Shown one piece after another: positions 57,510 to 63,040 of a stretch of DNA of 63,040 bases (position 1 is the stretch's first letter; each line of letters begins with the position of its first letter). The stretch comes from Candidatus Heimdallarchaeota archaeon (GTDB lineage Archaea; Asgardarchaeota; Heimdallarchaeia; JABLTI01): contig JAHLVW010000057.1 in NCBI GenBank assembly GCA_019058275.1, positions 1-63,040 of the forward strand, in the 5' to 3' direction. A program made the position numbers and the translations under genes. The notes under the pieces were generated by a model. The model saw only the letters and a list, made by a program, of their open reading frames with translations, searched no databases and was not told the DNA's origin.

Positions 57510-58489
57510 TAGGGTTTTTCGACCTTGAAGGACCATTATGTCCAATTGACCATGCTGCTGATGTAATTACACTTATTGGAAAAAAACTTGGAAAGGAACA
57601 AGATTTCTACCAGCTATTTCAGATGGTAAGTTTGTATGATGATGAATTATTTTTAGTTGATAAAAAAGAAGATTATTGGCCAGGAGACACATTAAAACTA
57701 ATCGCTCCAATAGTTATCTCCTATGCTTCTGAGGATATGTTATTAGACATTTCACGAAAAGCTGAACCAACTAAAGGAGCAATCGAGCTTTTCAATTATT
57801 TACATCAAAAGAAAATCCCAACTTACATAATTTCGACAAGCTATAAACAGCATGCACATACAATTGCTGCGAAATTGAACCATCCGATTGAGAATGTTAG
57901 ATGCACAACTCTTGATTTCTCATTAAAACCACAAAAAACTGATGCGTTAAAACCACTTTTTGAAGATATTTTCCCTAGATATCTTAAGGAAGGCATGGAA
58001 AAGGTGAAGAAGGATCTTGATAAGTACTTCTTTGAAGTGATACCTAAATCTGAATTCGGACCTATCTTTGAATCAACTATTGTTTGTGGTGGAGGACGGA
58101 AAAGAGAAAATGCGATTGAAATTTTAGAAAAGCATAATTTAGAAGCTTCTGATTCCATAGCAGTCGGGGATAGCATAACTGATATTCAAATGCTAGAATA
58201 TATCAGAGACAATGGTGGTACTGTAGTTTCATTTAATGGGAATGAATACTCACTTCGACCATCGACAATAGCTTATTCAGGATTGTCTATTTCTCCATTA
58301 ATTGAATTGTTTAAAATATTCCCAGAAACTAAGGATTTAGTTACAAATCTTTCTAGAGATGAAATGGAGAAGAAAGAGGAATTTTTTGACATTTCTGAAA
58401 AGATAAGTGAAGAGGAATTTGATAGGATATTACAACTACAGAAGAAATATCGTGGAATTCTTCGAGTGAAGGCAGCTAAATTAACATGA
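57506..58489 (+). CDS. HAD-superfamily hydrolase (archaeal EhaR/COG4030-like)
   Basis: FDLEGP, PGDTLKLI, VGDSITD, SFNGNEY; overlaps purD stop. Confidence 0.8.
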   Translation: MIGFFDLEGPLCPIDHAADVITLIGKKLGKEQDFYQLFQMVSLYDDELFLVDKKEDYWPGDTLKLIAPIVISYASEDMLLDISRKAEPTKGAIELFNYLHQKKIPTYIISTSYKQHAHTIAAKLNHPIENVRCTTLDFSLKPQKTDALKPLFEDIFPRYLKEGMEKVKKDLDKYFFEVIPKSEFGPIFESTIVCGGGRKRENAIEILEKHNLEASDSIAVGDSITDIQMLEYIRDNGGTVVSFNGNEYSLRPSTIAYSGLSISPLIELFKIFPETKDLVTNLSRDEMEKKEEFFDISEKISEEEFDRILQLQKKYRGILRVKAAKLT

Positions 58490-58582
58490 TTTGTGATATG
58501 CTTGAGTAATATAAATGCTTAAATGCTATTTTTTTTCTGCTAATCCAAGCTCAAGTTAAAATATTTTCTCGAGGTTAGCAAA

Positions 58583-59995
58583 ATGTCAATTATCGATAAA
58601 GATGATGAAGTCTCACTAATTGTTCAAAAAGATCTTATTCCAGGGAGACAACTGCTAACCAAAAAAGAAAGAAAAAGGAATATTTTCTTCTTTACATCAA
58701 CTTCCTTTTTTGTTAGTTCTGCAAGTAGCATTCACTTCATATTTTACAGCCTTTACTTTTTGGAAATTAATGATTCCGAAAAGTTATTTGGTATTATTAG
58801 CACAGTTATCTCATTTGTTGCTGTAGTTGGGCTAATTTTAGCTGATTACTTGAATGGTCTTTTAGGTTACAAGAGAGTATTCATTATTGCTCAAATTTTA
58901 ATAGCTGTTTCATTTGGCTTCTTCATCTTTGAACCAACAAAAATCTACTGGATAATAATAGCAGTAATGATACTTAGTTTAGCATTCTCACTAAATGAAT
59001 CACCATACAACATTATTCTCACAGAATCAGCAGGAGAAGAGAGAAAAGGCACAATCTCAGCATTAAATGCTTTCTTTGGGCGTTTTGGTGAAGTAATAGT
59101 CTCAACAATCATTTTCATTATAACATTCGTAATTGGTTTTGAATTCACAAACCATGAGCGATCATTTTTCTACCTTTATGGATCAATTGTTGTAGCATTA
59201 ATTGGTATTGGTATAATCTTCTTTGTAACTGATCCTTCTAGAAAATTAAAGAAAGAAAGTCAAAAGGAATTTCCAATTATAGAAGAAACAAAGCATCAGA
59301 CACCAAATGATACAATTGAAACAGAAATCAGTGAAAAGAAGACTAGTTTTATTAGAGGATTTATTGATGCATTTAGAGATAAATGGGTATTAAGGGTATC
59401 AATCACATTTTTCTTAGATGCTTTCTTCTGGTCAATTGCAATGGGTGTCTACTGGGCAGGTTTACAAGATGAAGATTTATTCGGTGCATATGCGTTTGAT
59501 GATAAGCAAATCAGTTTACTAATAATGATTACTAGTATAACTGTTCTTGTAGCGATGTATCTTGGAAGGTTTGTTGATAAATTAGGAGCTAGATTCTTCC
59601 TATTTATTTCAGAATTATGCGGTCTTGTTTGGATAATCCTTTCTGTATTATATACATTCCATCCACAACATTTCTGGTTGATGATTGTAGCTAGAGTAGC
59701 AGTAGGTTTGTCAATAGCTTTATGGATCCCATCGACTATCGCATTATTCACCAATGTAGAACCAGAACGTAAAAGTAAAGTGTATAACTCAATAGGCATT
59801 TTCAGATATTTGGGTTGGTTGCCAGGTGGTTTTATTGCCGGTTATTTGTATGATGGTATACAACAACCATATGGTTATTTAACGCCAATGTTTATCCTAA
59901 TTGCTGGTTTTCTGATTTTAATCCCAGTTTTCTACACCTTGCCAAATAGACCAAGTGAAATGAATAATTCAAAGAAAAAACCTGAGAATCAGTAA
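58583..59995 (+). CDS. MFS transporter
   Basis: 12 TM, ADYLNGLLGYKR and GRFVDKLGAR motifs. Confidence 0.85.
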   Translation: MSIIDKDDEVSLIVQKDLIPGRQLLTKKERKRNIFFFTSTSFFVSSASSIHFIFYSLYFLEINDSEKLFGIISTVISFVAVVGLILADYLNGLLGYKRVFIIAQILIAVSFGFFIFEPTKIYWIIIAVMILSLAFSLNESPYNIILTESAGEERKGTISALNAFFGRFGEVIVSTIIFIITFVIGFEFTNHERSFFYLYGSIVVALIGIGIIFFVTDPSRKLKKESQKEFPIIEETKHQTPNDTIETEISEKKTSFIRGFIDAFRDKWVLRVSITFFLDAFFWSIAMGVYWAGLQDEDLFGAYAFDDKQISLLIMITSITVLVAMYLGRFVDKLGARFFLFISELCGLVWIILSVLYTFHPQHFWLMIVARVAVGLSIALWIPSTIALFTNVEPERKSKVYNSIGIFRYLGWLPGGFIAGYLYDGIQQPYGYLTPMFILIAGFLILIPVFYTLPNRPSEMNNSKKKPENQ

Positions 59996-60064
59996 ACCTA
60001 ACAAACAAAACTCCTATAAACTAGCAAAAGTCATTTATTTTAACTCATATTCGAAGTGTTGTAA

Positions 60065-60988
60065 ATGTCGGAATCATTCGATGTCATCTCAGTAGGTGCA
60101 GTCTTAGTAGATATGATTGCCATGGTTGAAGAATTCCCAAAACGAGATGGAGAATCGTTTGTTAGTGATTTTAAGTTTATGCCAGGAGGAGCAGCTGCTA
60201 ACGTAGCTGTGTTTTGTAGTCGTTTGGGGTTACGAACAGCTTTCTCAGGTAAAATTGGCAAGGATACATTTGGTGATCTTCTCTATAATGATCTTGAGAA
60301 AGAAAAAGTCCATGTGAAGAATACCTTGCTTATCTCAAAAAACATTAGCACTGGATCTTGTTACATTTGTGTTGATAAAAGTGGCGATAGAATGATAATG
60401 GCATATAGTGGAGCTGCTGATACACTAACAATTGATGATTTACCTCTAGAATTATTTTCCAAAGCAAACTTGGTTAATCTTTCAGATTTGAGAAATGTTG
60501 CATCTATTGAAGCTCTTCTCGAAAGTGACATTGACATTAGCTTTTCAATGAGTCCTGGTGCTCTTATTGCTCAAAACCCAAGTAGAGCTTTCAGATTAGC
60601 TCAACATGCAAAACTGATAGTTGCTAGTGTTGATGAAATCACACAGATCTTCCGATGCACAGAAGAAGACATTGAAGCAATTGCCTCGGATTTAATATCT
60701 GAGAATCAAAATAGAGTTATTGCTGTTACTAAAGGCAGTCGAGGAGCTACAATTTACTCAAAAGATGGTCACGTTAACATACCAATATTCGAAGTTGATG
60801 TTATGGATACAACAGGAGCAGGTGACTCTTTTACTGCTGGTATGTTATATGCATTAACTAAAGGAAAATCTCCTAAAGAAGCTGGAAGAATTGCTGCTGC
60901 TTGCTCTGCTCTTTGTATACAAGAAGTTGGTGCAAGAAGTGGTCCAAAAAGCAGAAAGGAATTGGTAAAATTCCTTAGAAAGCACTAA
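60065..60988 (+). CDS. PfkB/ribokinase-family carbohydrate or nucleoside kinase
   Basis: PGGAAANVA, DTTGAGDSF. Confidence 0.92.
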   Translation: MSESFDVISVGAVLVDMIAMVEEFPKRDGESFVSDFKFMPGGAAANVAVFCSRLGLRTAFSGKIGKDTFGDLLYNDLEKEKVHVKNTLLISKNISTGSCYICVDKSGDRMIMAYSGAADTLTIDDLPLELFSKANLVNLSDLRNVASIEALLESDIDISFSMSPGALIAQNPSRAFRLAQHAKLIVASVDEITQIFRCTEEDIEAIASDLISENQNRVIAVTKGSRGATIYSKDGHVNIPIFEVDVMDTTGAGDSFTAGMLYALTKGKSPKEAGRIAAACSALCIQEVGARSGPKSRKELVKFLRKH

Positions 60989-61050
60989 GAAATGATAATA
61001 GATATCAAATAGATTCGTAATAATAAAACAAAGTATTGGTTGTGAGATAA

Positions 61051-61485
61051 TTGAACGAACCAGTTGTAACCGTTATATCTGGATCAAAATCTGATAATGA
61101 AATTGTTGATAAAGTCGTTGATGTATTGAAAGAGTTTGATGTTCCACATACTGCTGTAGTTTTATCAGCCCATCGAAATGCAAAAGAACTTGATCAATAT
61201 CTTGACAAGACACCAGCTAAGATAATAATTGCAATTGCAGGGTTTGCTGCTGCTTTGCCAGGAGTATGTGCAAGTAAAACTAAAAAAGTTGTAATTGGTG
61301 TTCCTGTCTCAGCTAAACTAGGTGGTTTAGATGCTTTACTTTCAATAGTACAGATGCCTTCTGGAGTGCCAGTAGCGACTGTAGGAATTGACAATGGTAA
61401 AAATGCTGCTCATCTAGCTATTAGAATTCTTGCAACTGGTGATAATGGTTTAGGGAAGAAACTTCGCGATAAATTAAAGGAATAA
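61051..61485 (+). CDS. purE: N5-CAIR mutase
   Basis: GSKSD, SAHR, AGFAAALPG, SIVQMPSGVPVATV. Confidence 0.96.
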   Translation: MNEPVVTVISGSKSDNEIVDKVVDVLKEFDVPHTAVVLSAHRNAKELDQYLDKTPAKIIIAIAGFAAALPGVCASKTKKVVIGVPVSAKLGGLDALLSIVQMPSGVPVATVGIDNGKNAAHLAIRILATGDNGLGKKLRDKLKE

Positions 61486-61530
61486 TAGAAGAGCAGACAA
61501 TTAATAGTTGAGAATTTGGTGTATTAAGAA

Positions 61531-63040
61531 ATGACGGATGAAGAAAGTGGTATAAGGAATATTAAAGATGTATTCTATGATACTTTAGATGATTGGCCCA
61601 CGGAATCACTAAAAAAGAGCCTTTTTAGATTGCGACCAGAAGAAGGAGCTGAAGTTTATCTTAATCTAAATGAAGGTTATTATGATATTACTGATAAAGC
61701 ATTAGAGCTAGAAAGTAACTTCAGACCAAAAATAAACATTAGAACCAATGAATTGAAAACTGAATTAGATAAATGGAAAACTGGTGGGGGTGCATTCTTT
61801 AGGACAATTGCAGATGCAGAGAATGTTAATGATGCTACAAGATTGTGCTTACAATATTTTATAATCTGGACTAGACAATTATTCCCATTTCAATTTGTAT
61901 TTTTAAGTTTCCCATTTTTCATTGCTACATTATTTTTATGGCAATTTTCTGAAAAACAAGTAGTTGGTTCTGAAACAACGTGGGGAACGTATCTTACTTT
62001 AATGGTCACAGGATTGTTGCTTATTAACATGGGATTGTGGACGTATATTGAAGGATTTTATCGACGATTTATTCAAGGCATTAAGAATTGGAAAGTTGTT
62101 CCAGATAGTATGATTGGATTTGTTGTCCCTGGAATTCTATTTTGTACAACTGCTCTAGAATATCTTATTTATGAAGTTATAGGATATACAAGTTTCATCG
62201 CTATTATCCCAATAAGTGCATGACTTTCATTAGCTTTAGGAATTGTTATTCTAATCATTGGAATGGATTTCTATCTTCGAGGTGAGAAATCATTTATGGA
62301 AAATTTTTCGCATCCAATGGATTATGCTCCCTTATTCTTGTATTTACAAAAGGATAGTAAGGATAATTGGGACATAGATGGTGCACAATTTGATTTCTTC
62401 CATTATAGGACAATCTTTGTGCCTAAAGAAAAACTAACATTCACAGAGGAAGATATCGAAAAGACAAATCCTTGGCTTTTAATTGATAGATCATGGCATG
62501 CTTTTAGGGAATATACCAAAACAAATCTTATGATTAGAATTTTCGCAAACTTATTCGTTAACATTTTCCTATGGATCATTGTAGTAGGAGCTTACATTGT
62601 CTATATTCTAGCTAGATTTGGTTACAATCTCGGTTTTGTAAATACTATTTTGGAAGAACCCTGGTTCTTGATCATCATCTATCTCATCTTACCAATTTTC
62701 ATGGTTCTAATGATTTGGTCTATAGGCCGAACTATAGAATACAAGTTAGATCTTTGGGAAGATTTAGCTAACAAAGAAGGTAAGGATTTAATTAGAAAAC
62801 ACCATCTATCCTATCCAAGATTAAGGGTTCTATGGAATTTACGAAATAGAGAGCATAAAGGAGAGCAAAGAATAACATCTCTCTGGTCAAAAACTGAATG
62901 GATAGAGGGGGATAAATCACGATTAGTTGCTCGAGTTAAACTTCAATTTCCATTTGATCGTTACAAAGATTGGCATACATTAAGAGATACACAAGAGGAA
63001 CTCTTATCTTTGATTTCTCTACAAACGAAAGAGGAAGAAC
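61531..63040 (+). CDS. Multi-TM hypothetical protein interrupted by one in-frame TGA (62221-62223); frame stays open to the window end
   Basis: ...IIPISA*LSLALGIVILIIGMDFYLRG...HPMDYAPLFLYL... with no further stop through 63040. Confidence 0.7.

Noticed and set aside
35373-62223. Genome-wide TGA=Trp recoding suggested by two TGA codons at Trp-like positions
   Set aside because: TGA ends several genes at their expected termini (e.g. 5682, 13684, purD 57509), TGG is used normally, and vapC has an independent frameshift

Overview
Low-GC archaeal chromosome segment. The GGTGA-type ribosome sites, LonB, short PurA, RtcB, BHB-intron tRNA and a divergent Cas1 suggest an Asgard archaeon, probably Heimdallarchaeia-like (inference). 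Housekeeping genes lie on both flanks: oligopeptide-binding protein, lonB, amrS, GH57, purA, rtcB and MFS transporters on the left; pst/phoU, larA and purSQL-F-D-E on the right. Between them is a ~17 kb accessory island (~20.2-37.6 kb). The island starts at an isolated 5' tRNA-Arg-like fragment (20222-20249) whose matching acceptor-stem 3' part lies 13.6 kb away (33843-33875). The intervening DNA holds an ABC/TPR remnant and a module of a strongly diverged Cas1 (wHTH + Zn-finger fusion), two wHTH proteins and a Cas4-like nuclease, with no CRISPR array or PolB. It also holds a free-standing LAGLIDADG-HTH protein, a double PD-(D/E)XK nuclease and an intact tRNA-Arg(UCU) with two introns. Next comes an array of four co-oriented tRNA T-arm/acceptor fragments, each pair bracketing a different toxin-antitoxin pair (MNT-HEPN, AbrB-VapC pseudogene, DUF433-DUF5615). 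This array, together with the neighbouring Cas1-like integrase, is the best candidate for an undescribed cassette-acquisition system. All protein calls are from motif recognition only; no searches were run.
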